62,439 nucleotides of DNA from Ignavibacterium sp. (GCA_020354005.1 CP070637.1:1869049-1931487), one strand, 5' to 3'; shown: positions 54,022 to 62,439, counted from the first letter of the stretch. Made by a program: numbers and translations. The notes: generated by a model from the letters alone, not told the origin.

Positions 54022-54572
54022 TTGGTACAATCATACTTATAGCTGTAATTGTAATTATAGCTCTGGTGTTCATATCTTACTATAACTCACTCGTAAAACT
54101 GAGGAACCAGGTTAAGAATGCATGGTCTCAGATCGATGTTCAGCTAAAAAGAAGACATGATTTAATTCCCAACCTGATTGAAACTGTTAAGGGATACATG
54201 ACTCACGAACGGGAGACATTGGATAGCATCACAAAAGCGAGGAGTCAAGCCGTTCAAGCTGAAACGGTTGGTGAAAAAGCAAAGGCCGAAGGTGAACTTA
54301 CAAGGACACTTGGAAAATTTAATCTTGTGGTTGAGAACTATCCTGATTTAAAAGCAAATCAAAATTTCTTATCGCTGCAGGAAGAATTAACATCAACTGA
54401 AAATAAAATTTCTTTTTCTCGCCAAAATTATAATGACCAGGTACTCTTTTATAATAATAAGATCCAAATGTTTCCATCAAATATTGTTGCAGGTATGTTC
54501 AGGTTCACAGAAGAGGAATTTTTTGAAATTGAAGATGAAAAAGAAAAAAAGGTTCCTAAGGTTAGTTTTTAA
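54018..54572 (+). CDS. lemA: LemA family protein
   Basis: 184 aa. It has an N-terminal TM helix, then [37 protein letters not shown]...L and [20 protein letters not shown]...R..YN. Confidence 0.9.
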   Translation: MIGTIILIAVIVIIALVFISYYNSLVKLRNQVKNAWSQIDVQLKRRHDLIPNLIETVKGYMTHERETLDSITKARSQAVQAETVGEKAKAEGELTRTLGKFNLVVENYPDLKANQNFLSLQEELTSTENKISFSRQNYNDQVLFYNNKIQMFPSNIVAGMFRFTEEEFFEIEDEKEKKVPKVSF

Positions 54573-54595
54573 TAATACTAATTTAAGATTTTTTT

Positions 54596-55804
54596 ATGTG
54601 GGAATTAGTTCAGGCGAATAAGAGAAAATCCGTTGGACTTATAATAGTGATGGGTGTAACTCTTATTCTTTTAGGATTTATATTTGGAAGTGCATACCAT
54701 CCGGAAAGTGGGGGAATGGTTGGTATATTCATAGCTTTCATTTTATGGGCTATCCTTTTTTTAGTTACTTACTCCAGCGGTAGTAAAATACTTCTTGCGG
54801 TTAGCGGTGCAAAGGAAGTTACAAAAGATGTTCATCCCCAATTGTATAACGTAGTTGAAGAGATGAAAATTGCATCTGGTCATCCACATATGCCCAAAGT
54901 GTATATAATTGATACTCCTGCACCAAATGCCTTTGCAACCGGGTTAAAACCAAATAATACTGCTGTTGCAGTTACTGCCGGACTTCTAACAAAATTGAAC
55001 AGGGATGAACTGCAGGGTGTTATTGCGCACGAGATGGCTCACATTGTAAACCGTGATGTTTTATTTATGACAGTTTCAGGAATAATGTTAGGGGTCATTG
55101 TTTTGTTGTCACAGGTTTTTGTAAGAAGTATGTTTTTTGGTGGCATAGGTGGAAGACATTCCAGATCGAAAGATGCTGGGCAGGCACAAATTGTATTTCT
55201 GGTAATAGCAATTGTATTTGCTATATTAGCACCTATTGCCGCACAGCTGCTTTATTTTGCTATATCGCGGACACGGGAATACCTAGCCGATGCTTCTGCA
55301 GTAAGGTTTACACGTTATCCGGAAGGTTTAGCCTCCGCATTACACAAGATATCACGATCATCAGATGAAATAAAATCTGCAAATAAAGTTACTGCACCAA
55401 TGTACATTGCAAATCCGTTAAAAAAGAAGGGCAGAAAGTTAAGTGACTTAACCAGCACACATCCGCCAATATCTGAAAGGATTAAAATACTGAGGAGTAT
55501 TGGACGCAGCGCTGATTTTACTTCTTACCAAAATGCATTCAATCAGGTGAGTGGAAAGGAGACAAAAATAATTCCTCAGTCAGGTTTAAAAGATGCTACA
55601 CCTATAGATATTCGGGGCGCATCAGGATTACCGTTTGTGGGTGAAACCAAGAAGCAGGTGCAAAGAAATGTTGGGGACCTGGTAATGCAATTGAATGACT
55701 ATTCCTTTATTAACTGTCCTTGTGGCGTTAAGTTAAAAGTCCCGCCGGCATATAAAAATAAGAAAGTCTTCTGCCCTCGCTGTAAGAGGCAACATAGTTC
55801 TTAA
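54596..55804 (+). CDS. M48-family (HtpX-like) zinc metalloprotease with a C-terminal zinc-ribbon
   Basis: Two N-terminal TM helices, HEMAHIVNRD (HExxH), two more TM helices, EYLADASAV and THPPISERI. The extra C-terminal tail reads NCPCGVKLKVP......FCPRCKRQH. Confidence 0.85.
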   Translation: MWELVQANKRKSVGLIIVMGVTLILLGFIFGSAYHPESGGMVGIFIAFILWAILFLVTYSSGSKILLAVSGAKEVTKDVHPQLYNVVEEMKIASGHPHMPKVYIIDTPAPNAFATGLKPNNTAVAVTAGLLTKLNRDELQGVIAHEMAHIVNRDVLFMTVSGIMLGVIVLLSQVFVRSMFFGGIGGRHSRSKDAGQAQIVFLVIAIVFAILAPIAAQLLYFAISRTREYLADASAVRFTRYPEGLASALHKISRSSDEIKSANKVTAPMYIANPLKKKGRKLSDLTSTHPPISERIKILRSIGRSADFTSYQNAFNQVSGKETKIIPQSGLKDATPIDIRGASGLPFVGETKKQVQRNVGDLVMQLNDYSFINCPCGVKLKVPPAYKNKKVFCPRCKRQHSS

Positions 55805-55923
55805 TGCTCTTCATAAGCCTACTCTGTTTGGATCTTTAGTTATTTTGAATTTTTTAAAATTTCATTTTAAGTTAGATGTAGTGTGTTATTAGGTTAGACT
55901 GAAGTGAAAAATAATATTCATGA

Positions 55924-58149
55924 ATGAAACCGCCTTGTTTATTTAAACTTATTAATGGAGAAATCAGTACAATTTTTTCTAAACCTCAACCATTCGTTTG
56001 CACTAAACTAACTCTGATTGTTTTATTGCTGTTAGCTAATGCAATTTTTGCACAAGAGTCTTCCACATCCCGATACCAATTCATATCGCCTGTTCCAAAC
56101 TCAATAATGATTTTACCCGAGACAAATATTATTATTAGAGAAGCTGGCAAAATTGATGAATTAACATTAATCAATAATAATTTAATCGTTACCGGTTCAA
56201 TCAGTGGAAAGCACCCGGGTTCATTTGTTCTTTCGGATGATCAAAGAACAATTATATTCAAACCGAATGAAAACTTTATGAAAGGAGAAACTGTATATGT
56301 CTATTACAGTGGAGGAATTAGTAATATAGGGGGAGATGAACTACCTCCATTCGATTTTAAATTTAAAATAAGTGAAATATTCAGTGCAAAGGAGTATTCC
56401 AGAATTATTAGCAAAATTTTGGAACAGGAAACTAAGCCCAAATTTAGTATAACTAAAAAATCAATAAGTAAAAGTATTTTTTCCACTGATGAAGAATTGC
56501 CGGAAGATTTTCCAACTTTGACTATCAACACATACAATAATCCTACTGAGGGTTTTTTATTTATTTCACCTTACAGCATAGGCCAACCATTAGGTTATCT
56601 AATAATAACTGATAACCAGGGCATCCCGATATACTACACAAAATATAGTTCAAGTAAGCACGGCCTTACACTCCAACCCAATGGTCTGCTCACATACTAT
56701 GATCTTCAAACCATGCGTTTTTATGCTATGGATTCTTCGTACACACTTGTAGATACATTCAAGACCGGTAACGGGTATATTACTGATATTCACGAGTTAC
56801 AAATTCTGCCAAACGGTCATGCTTTACTAATGGCGTATGATCCACAACCTGTTAGAATGGATACCATTGTGCCAGGAGGAGATTCATCTGCCACTGTAGT
56901 TGGGCTAATTATTCAGGAGTTGGATAGCGGTAAGAATGTTGTTTTTCAATGGAGGAGCTGGGATCATTTTTCAATTTTTGATGTTACCGAAGATATTGGA
57001 CTTGATTGGAGATGGATAGATTACGTTCACGGTAACGCAATTGAATTAGATTCTGATGGAAACTTGCTTGTCTCTTGCAGACATATGGATGAAATTACAA
57101 AAATTGACAGGCAAACTGGTGATATTATTTGGCGGCTTGGTGGTAAAAAGGCAAAGAATAATGATTTTATATTTACTAATGATGAGATTACATTCTCGCA
57201 CCAGCACGATATAAGAAGATTATCTAATGGTAATATTACAATGTTTGATAATGGAAACCTGCATTCGCCAAGCTTTTCAAGACCTATAGAATATCAGTTA
57301 GATGAGCAGAACTATACTGCAAATTTAGTCTGGGATTTTAGTTATGATCCAGTCGTTTATTCACGGGCAATGGGTAATACACAAAGGCTACATAACAATA
57401 GTTCAATTATCGGATGGGGAATACGATCAGGAGATTTGCGTGCGATAACAGAAGTAAATGATGATGGTACTGTTGCTCTTGAACTTTCTCTTCAGGATAA
57501 TATGTTAAGCTATCGGGCTTTTAGATTTGATTGGAAGACTAATCTTTTTATTGCAGATCCCGACTCAATATTTTTTGAATCAATCGAAGTTGGCGATTCT
57601 TCTACAATTTATTTCAACCTTGTAAGTAACTCTGCAAATTCGATAAACATCACTTCGTTCTACAATACTGACTCAGCTTACAGTGTCTTAACTGCGGTCC
57701 CATTCATTGTTCCTGCATTCGGTAAAGTTCCTATTGAAATAAAGTTTAAACCATTTGAAGAGGGTTATTTCAAAGATATTCTTCACATACGTTCAGATAC
57801 TGAGACGAGCAGAGTTGCACAACTAATGATATTGGCTGGAAGAACAGATTCAACAATATCTTCTATTGACAATCAAGCGGTTGTCAGTGAATTCAGGTTG
57901 GAACAAAACTATCCAAACCCATTCAACCCCATTACAACAATTCAATATCAGATTCCTGTAACGGAATGGGTCACAATAAATGTCTATGACGCGCTCGGGA
58001 ATGAAATTCTGACTTTAGTAAACGAAAAAAAACGTGCAGGAATTTATGAAATTGAATTTGATGGCAGTTTGTTATCAAGTGGAATTTATTTTTATAGGTT
58101 TCAAGCTGGGGAATATAAAGATGTGAAGAAATTAATTTTACTGAAATGA
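55924..58149 (+). CDS. arylsulfotransferase-like (ASST / Arylsulfotran_2 beta-propeller) protein with a T9SS C-terminal sorting domain
   Basis: Motifs: DIHELQILPNGHALL, IIQELD.GKNVVFQWRSWDH, DYVHGNAIELDSDGNLLVSCRHMDEITKID..TGDIIWRLGG, FSHQHDIRRLSNGNITMFDNGN. The CTD reads NYPNPFNPITTIQYQ...SGIYFYRFQAGEY.DVKKLILLK. Confidence 0.7.
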   Translation: MKPPCLFKLINGEISTIFSKPQPFVCTKLTLIVLLLLANAIFAQESSTSRYQFISPVPNSIMILPETNIIIREAGKIDELTLINNNLIVTGSISGKHPGSFVLSDDQRTIIFKPNENFMKGETVYVYYSGGISNIGGDELPPFDFKFKISEIFSAKEYSRIISKILEQETKPKFSITKKSISKSIFSTDEELPEDFPTLTINTYNNPTEGFLFISPYSIGQPLGYLIITDNQGIPIYYTKYSSSKHGLTLQPNGLLTYYDLQTMRFYAMDSSYTLVDTFKTGNGYITDIHELQILPNGHALLMAYDPQPVRMDTIVPGGDSSATVVGLIIQELDSGKNVVFQWRSWDHFSIFDVTEDIGLDWRWIDYVHGNAIELDSDGNLLVSCRHMDEITKIDRQTGDIIWRLGGKKAKNNDFIFTNDEITFSHQHDIRRLSNGNITMFDNGNLHSPSFSRPIEYQLDEQNYTANLVWDFSYDPVVYSRAMGNTQRLHNNSSIIGWGIRSGDLRAITEVNDDGTVALELSLQDNMLSYRAFRFDWKTNLFIADPDSIFFESIEVGDSSTIYFNLVSNSANSINITSFYNTDSAYSVLTAVPFIVPAFGKVPIEIKFKPFEEGYFKDILHIRSDTETSRVAQLMILAGRTDSTISSIDNQAVVSEFRLEQNYPNPFNPITTIQYQIPVTEWVTINVYDALGNEILTLVNEKKRAGIYEIEFDGSLLSSGIYFYRFQAGEYKDVKKLILLK

Positions 58150-58869
58150 CATCTTTAAGGATATTTTTACTGCTTTAAGAATTTCAAATCTATGAATTCT
58201 ACACTCCGTAAAACCAGACTGATAATTACAATTCATATACACCACATTTAATAGCTATTTTAATTATTAACCCTTTATTGCTAAGGCACGCAATATTTTC
58301 ACATTATCAATAGTATGGAACTATATATAATTGCCGAGGGTCAATTGTTGATAGTGTTTTCCCGATGTTGACAAAAAGTAATAAAGTATTTTCATTTTTA
58401 AGAAAATATATTTTTTAATCTTGTTGATTCTATTAAGTTAAATTTAGTAAGCGTTGAATTTTCTGATGTTTTTGTACGATCCATTGAGAAATTCTTTCTG
58501 GTACGATTTTTCAGTACTAATTATTAACATGTTATTTTAGTGAAACTAGGATTAAGAATTTTTCTCCAAAGAGAGAGTCATGGTCGTTATAAATCAGCCT
58601 GACTACCCTAGTCTTGCTGATGTAAACGGGGTAAGAAATTTAAAATTTTACTGTAAAACAGTACACGCCGAACTACACATTTTACTAAAGAAGTTCTTTA
58701 GCTGTTTAAATAAGATTTTTTCTAATCCAATCGATTGTAATCATTTCATCTTTGCATACCCCAGCAGTACCCCATCATTTGATGGGAATTATTTTTATCG
58801 AAATAGTTTTATTCAATTTCTATGCTTTCAGTGGGAGAGAATTAAAGTAATTGATGGAGGTTAATTAAA

Positions 58870-60033
58870 ATGGTAGCAATAATTGTTGTTATAACAATAA
58901 TCGTTTTTATAATCGTAGATATTGTATTGAGAGTATCTATGAAGAAAATGGAACTAAAGAAACAAAAGAAAGAAAGAGAAGAAGCTCTTGACGTCGGATT
59001 AAAGTTGGATTACACGCACGAAGCAAAATCACTTAAACGTGTTGAAGTACAAAATCCAAAAGCAAAAATATTAGCAGTAGACGATGAAGAGATTATTCTG
59101 GATAGCTTTCGGAAAATTCTTGTTCTTGCCGGTTACTGTGTTGATACTGTAGAAAAAGGGAAGGAAGCAATAGGGCTGATTCAGCAGCACAATTACGATT
59201 TTGTTTTTACAGATCTTAAAATGCCCGAAATGGATGGAGTGGATGTAACAAAGGCTGTTAAACATCTTCGTCCTGATATTGATGTAATTGTAATAACCGG
59301 GTATGCCTCCATTGAAACTGCGGTTGAGACAATGAAGTTCGGTGCAATGGATTATGTTGAAAAACCATTTACTGAAGATGAATTGGTTGATTTTGTTAAC
59401 AAAGCTTTAATCAAACGGCAGGATAAAATTGAAAAACAAATGAAGCCAACAGTTCGACTCGTGACTGCAACTACAAAAGAATCAACTTCGAAACATGAGT
59501 TTAATGTGCCGGCCGGAATTTTCGTTGCCCCCCAGCATACTTGGGTAAATATTGAAATGAATGGTACAGTACGCATTGGAATCGATGATTTTGTCCGGAA
59601 AATAATTGGGCAGATTGAGAAGGTTGTATTACCGGTAGTGAAAACAGAAATAAAAAAGGGTGAAGTACTGTTTTCTATCACTCATAAAAATCATTCGTTC
59701 GAAATACCATCTCCAATAAGCGGAAAAGTAACGCACGTAAACATGGAACACATTGAGCATCCTGAGTGGATTGTTGCAAAACCCTTTGAATTAAGCTGGA
59801 TGGTTTGTCTTGAACCCTCAAATTTATCCGATGAATTACATTCTCTTAAAATTGGAGAGGGAACAATCAAATGGTATAAGGAAGAAATCGATAAGTATGA
59901 TGAGATTATTAGTAAAGTGGCAAAAGAAAATCGGGAGGTTGATTTGGTGATGGAGAGTAAAAGTAAAGCAGAAGAGGATTATAACGATGAAAAAATATGG
60001 AAGGAATTTTCCAAATCATTTTTTCATAATTAA
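58870..60033 (+). CDS. membrane-anchored response-regulator receiver domain fused to a GcvH-like (lipoyl/biotinyl-attachment fold) domain
   Basis: GGAGG lies 7 nt upstream.
- TM helix: VAIIVVITIIVFIIVDIVL.
- REC domain: ILAVDDEE...FVFTDLKMPEMDG...VIVITGY...GAMDYVEKP.
- Then HTWVNIEMNGTVRIGIDDFVRKIIGQIEKVVLP.V...IKKGEVLFSI......FEIPSPISGKV..VN, which aligns by eye with the glycine-cleavage H-protein fold.
- No DNA-binding or enzymatic output domain. Confidence 0.75.
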   Translation: MVAIIVVITIIVFIIVDIVLRVSMKKMELKKQKKEREEALDVGLKLDYTHEAKSLKRVEVQNPKAKILAVDDEEIILDSFRKILVLAGYCVDTVEKGKEAIGLIQQHNYDFVFTDLKMPEMDGVDVTKAVKHLRPDIDVIVITGYASIETAVETMKFGAMDYVEKPFTEDELVDFVNKALIKRQDKIEKQMKPTVRLVTATTKESTSKHEFNVPAGIFVAPQHTWVNIEMNGTVRIGIDDFVRKIIGQIEKVVLPVVKTEIKKGEVLFSITHKNHSFEIPSPISGKVTHVNMEHIEHPEWIVAKPFELSWMVCLEPSNLSDELHSLKIGEGTIKWYKEEIDKYDEIISKVAKENREVDLVMESKSKAEEDYNDEKIWKEFSKSFFHN

Positions 60034-60086
60034 ATAAAAATTTTAGTACTAACAAAATTATTATTGAACACTACTGAGAGTTAATT

Positions 60087-60635
60087 ATGATGAAATTTAT
60101 ATTCACCCTAATAGTATTGGTTCTTTTTACATCTGTATTCTTTCTATATTCGGATGAAAAAGACCAACCTGAAAATAAAGAACTATCACCCCTAACTATT
60201 TCAAACGCACCAGCGTTTGTATCTGGAAATGTTTCGAATCTGGATACGGTGGAAATGCCTGATGAAATAATTTCTTCATCATCAGTAGGCGAAGTAACAT
60301 TTCCTCATCTGTTTCATTACGAGGATCTGGAATTCGAATGTGAAGAGTGTCATCACGAAATAAATGCTGCAAAATTAATTACTCCTCACGATAAATACTT
60401 TAGCGATTTTTGGATCGATTGCAACATATGCCATAATGGAAATGAGACCGTAAAAATGGAAGCTCAGGCTTGCTCAAACTGTCATCACTCACATCCACAC
60501 AATATTGCTGATGAGACTCTGTGTGCTAAGGTAGTCATTCACCAAAGTTGTTGGGAGTGCCACGAGGTTGGGACGGGTGTTGCAGCCAGTGAAAGCTGTG
60601 AAATGTGTCATACAGGTGAGCGAAAAAAGATATAA
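60087..60635 (+). CDS. periplasmic multihaem cytochrome c (cytochrome c3 family-like, five CXXCH motifs)
   Basis: It has a signal/anchor helix. The five haem motifs are CEECH, CNICH, CSNCH, CWECH and CEMCH. The c3-like lead-in is VTFPHLFH. Extra His residues are available for bis-His ligation. Confidence 0.85.
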   Translation: MMKFIFTLIVLVLFTSVFFLYSDEKDQPENKELSPLTISNAPAFVSGNVSNLDTVEMPDEIISSSSVGEVTFPHLFHYEDLEFECEECHHEINAAKLITPHDKYFSDFWIDCNICHNGNETVKMEAQACSNCHHSHPHNIADETLCAKVVIHQSCWECHEVGTGVAASESCEMCHTGERKKI

Positions 60636-60678
60636 CAAAATAATATTCTTATTAAAATGAAAACTTTAATCCGGAGTA

Positions 60679-61551
60679 ATGATGAATAGAAGAAGTTTCT
60701 TTAAAACTACTGCATCTGTTGGGGCAGCATTATCCTGTAAAGACCTTTTTGCAGAAGAAAAAAAGGGACAGATAGAATTTTTTGGGGTTCTTGTTGATAC
60801 AACGCGATGCATTGGTTGCAGATCGTGTGAAATTGCCTGTGCAGAAGAGCATGATCTATTTGTGCCGGATGTTCAAAATGATTCCGCATATGATCAGGTA
60901 CGAAACACAAGTGATAAGCAGTGGACTGTTGTAAATAAATTTGATACCGAAAAAGGTGAAGTGTTTGTAAAGAGACAATGTATGCATTGCTGGCAGCCCG
61001 CTTGCACTTCTGCTTGTTTAACAAACGCAATGTATAAAACAAAAAATGGTCCGGTGATCTGGCGCGAAGACAAGTGTATGGGCTGCAGGTTTTGCATGGT
61101 TTCCTGCCCATTTGAGATTCCTAAGTTTGAATATCATGAATGGAATCCAAAAATTCAAAAATGTAATATGTGCTGGGACCGGCTTAAGAAGGGACAAAAG
61201 CCTGCTTGCGTTAGTGCTTGTCCCACTGATGCTTTAATGTTTGGGATGAAAAGAGAACTTATGGAAATTGCAAGACACCGTGTTTATAATCATCCGGATA
61301 AGTATGTGCACAACATTTACGGAGAGCACGAAGTAGGTGGAACTGGCTGGCTTTATCTTTCAGCAGTGCCTTTCGAGCAGATTGGATTTAGAACCGATCT
61401 CGGCACTACTCCTTATCCTGAGTATACAAGAGATTTTCTTTATGCTGTACCTGTAATTCTTTTTGCCGTTCCTGCATTTCTGCTGGGTCTTCATCTATTG
61501 TCGGAACGAGATAATGATAAAAATAATAGTGAGGGGTGGAATAATGAATAA
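60679..61551 (+). CDS. Tat-exported 4x[4Fe-4S] ferredoxin-type subunit with a C-terminal TM anchor (HybA/NrfC/DsrO-like)
   Basis: The twin-arginine signal is MMNRRSFFKTTASVGAAL. The four Cys clusters are CIGCRSCEIAC, CMHCWQPACTSAC, CMGCRFCMVSC and CNMC...CVSAC. The C-terminal helix is FLYAVPVILFAVPAFLLGLHLL. Confidence 0.88.
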   Translation: MMNRRSFFKTTASVGAALSCKDLFAEEKKGQIEFFGVLVDTTRCIGCRSCEIACAEEHDLFVPDVQNDSAYDQVRNTSDKQWTVVNKFDTEKGEVFVKRQCMHCWQPACTSACLTNAMYKTKNGPVIWREDKCMGCRFCMVSCPFEIPKFEYHEWNPKIQKCNMCWDRLKKGQKPACVSACPTDALMFGMKRELMEIARHRVYNHPDKYVHNIYGEHEVGGTGWLYLSAVPFEQIGFRTDLGTTPYPEYTRDFLYAVPVILFAVPAFLLGLHLLSERDNDKNNSEGWNNE

Positions 61552-62439
61552 TACAGCTGTTCTCACCTCTGAATTTAAGAGATTCATTAAGTTCTTATGG
61601 CAGGAAATGCAACCGAGAGGAAAATGGATAACACCGTTTAACGTTATATCTATTCCAATCATAATACTCGGTCTTGTTATACTTTACTTCAGGTTCACAC
61701 AGGGATTAGGTTCTGTTACAAATTTATCTCAGGAATTTCCTTGGGGATTCTGGATAGGATTTGATGTAGTTACCGGTGTTGCATTTGCAGGCGGTGCATA
61801 CATCATAACTTTTGTTGTTTATGTGATGCGTGTGGAAAAATATCATTCAATTGTAAGGGTAACCGTACTGAACGGACTATTAGCATATATCTTTTATGCA
61901 GGGGCTCTTGTTTTAGATCTTGGAAGACCTTGGAACATAATAAATCCTATTATCGGGAATTCGTTTGGCTATAACTCTGTATTATTTCTGGTTTCGTGGC
62001 ACTTTTTGCTTTATATGATCGCTGAGTTTGTGGAATTCTCTCCGGTAATTGCTGAATGGCTACAGTGGGAAAAAGTAAGAAAATTTGTAACAGTATTAAC
62101 ACTTGGTGCAGTGATATTTGGAATAACACTTTCAACTCTTCACCAATCGGGATTAGGAGCATTATTTCTTCTGGCAAAATCAAAAATTCATCCTTTATGG
62201 TATAATGAATTTATACCTATACTGTTTTTAGTCTCAAGTATCTTCGCCGGATTATCAATGATAATCTTTGAGGGCTCAATCAGCCATAAAGTCTTTAGAG
62301 AAAAGATTGATGATAAAGATCATGCTGCACACAATGATATAATTTTTGGGTTAGCTAAGGGAGCAGCAATAACAATGTTTGTCTATTATTTTTTCAAAGC
62401 TCTCATCTTCATTCATAGTGAAGAGTGGACTTTAATAAA
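61544..62439 (+). CDS. NrfD/HybB-family polytopic quinone-interacting membrane subunit (3' end beyond the window)
   Basis: It is not in the ORF track because no stop occurs before the window end. My own translation from the ATG at 61544 (8-nt overlap with the previous gene) is MNNTAVLTSEFKRFIKFLWQEM...EFPWGFWIGFDVVTGVAFAGGAY...LDLGRPWNIINP...STLHQSGLGALFLLAK...HPLWYNEFIPILFLVSSIFAGLSMIIFE. These are conserved NrfD/HybB blocks. Confidence 0.8.
   Translation, partial: MNNTAVLTSEFKRFIKFLWQEMQPRGKWITPFNVISIPIIILGLVILYFRFTQGLGSVTNLSQEFPWGFWIGFDVVTGVAFAGGAYIITFVVYVMRVEKYHSIVRVTVLNGLLAYIFYAGALVLDLGRPWNIINPIIGNSFGYNSVLFLVSWHFLLYMIAEFVEFSPVIAEWLQWEKVRKFVTVLTLGAVIFGITLSTLHQSGLGALFLLAKSKIHPLWYNEFIPILFLVSSIFAGLSMIIFEGSISHKVFREKIDDKDHAAHNDIIFGLAKGAAITMFVYYFFKALIFIHSEEWTLI

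Noticed and set aside
53591-54073. Minus-strand 160-aa ORF.
   Set aside because: It almost exactly mirrors the plus-strand zinc-ribbon gene, which has two CxxC...CxxC modules and an ATGA overlap with lemA. The minus-strand product has no motifs.
58498-58513. Sigma-54-like promoter string cTGGTACGatttTTCAg upstream of the regulator/cytochrome operon.
   Set aside because: The -12 element is TTCA rather than TTGC, and the -24 element has TGGTAC. No enhancer-binding AAA+ activator is encoded nearby. The match is too weak.
58580-58864. 94-aa ORF immediately upstream of the REC-GcvH-like gene.
   Set aside because: It has no RBS, no recognisable domain or TM/signal features, and an odd composition in an AT-rich leader. 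I kept it only as a note in the leader-region finding.
60707-62183. Minus-strand ORFs 60707..61111, 60894..61097 and 61950..62183.
   Set aside because: They are antisense to the 4x[4Fe-4S] gene and to the NrfD-like gene, both of which have strong motif support on the plus strand.
60087-62439. Assignment of the cytochrome/FeS/NrfD trio as alternative complex III (ActABC).
   Set aside because: ActB is a fusion of about 1000 aa with a molybdopterin-like domain. Here the FeS protein is 290 aa and of HybA type, and the NrfD subunit looks HybB-like.

Overview
This is an AT-rich bacterial chromosomal segment of about 57 protein genes and one tRNA. No rRNA, CRISPR array, transposase, integrase or phage genes were seen. 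All family calls come from reading conserved motifs in the supplied translations; no database search was run.

The likely source is an Ignavibacteria-like member of the FCB group (Bacteroidota/Chlorobi relatives). This is inferred from three T9SS C-terminal sorting domains, a PorQ-like gene, a TonB receptor/DUF4249 pair, a propeller/Y_Y_Y histidine kinase, System I cytochrome c maturation and multihaem cytochromes.

Housekeeping genes:
- Aminoacyl-tRNA synthetases: serS (5' fragment), leuS, glyQS.
- Other core genes: priA, bamD, gdh, tRNA-Asn(GTT).
- A complete ccmABCDEF cluster, including an untracked ccmD.
- A tryptophanase-like lyase and an ADP-forming acetyl-CoA synthetase.
- An AMMECR1/Memo pair.
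- A CstB-like persulfide dioxygenase-rhodanese fusion next to a 1-Cys peroxiredoxin.

Leads most worth follow-up:
1. Two tandem paralogous PPDK_N-type ATP-grasp proteins appear co-transcribed with gdh. Both lack the PEP/pyruvate TIM barrel and share an uncharacterised C-terminal GRWGS...G[ST]HFF module. One also carries an N-terminal sensor-like module.
2. A membrane-anchored receiver domain fused to a GcvH-like domain heads an operon for a 5x CXXCH cytochrome c, a Tat-exported 4x[4Fe-4S] protein and an NrfD/HybB-like membrane subunit. That operon is cut by the window end.
3. The ccm system is the variant type, with a CcmE CPSKY motif in place of HxxxY and no ccmH or ccmG nearby.
4. A T9SS-targeted HExxH protease has a signal peptide that is encoded only if translation starts at a non-canonical ATT.
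5. An RCK-gated 2-TM K+ channel homologue has a GYE pore signature instead of GYG.
6. Several orphan hairpins, palindromes and repeats lie in unusually long non-coding regions.

None of these is proven from sequence alone.
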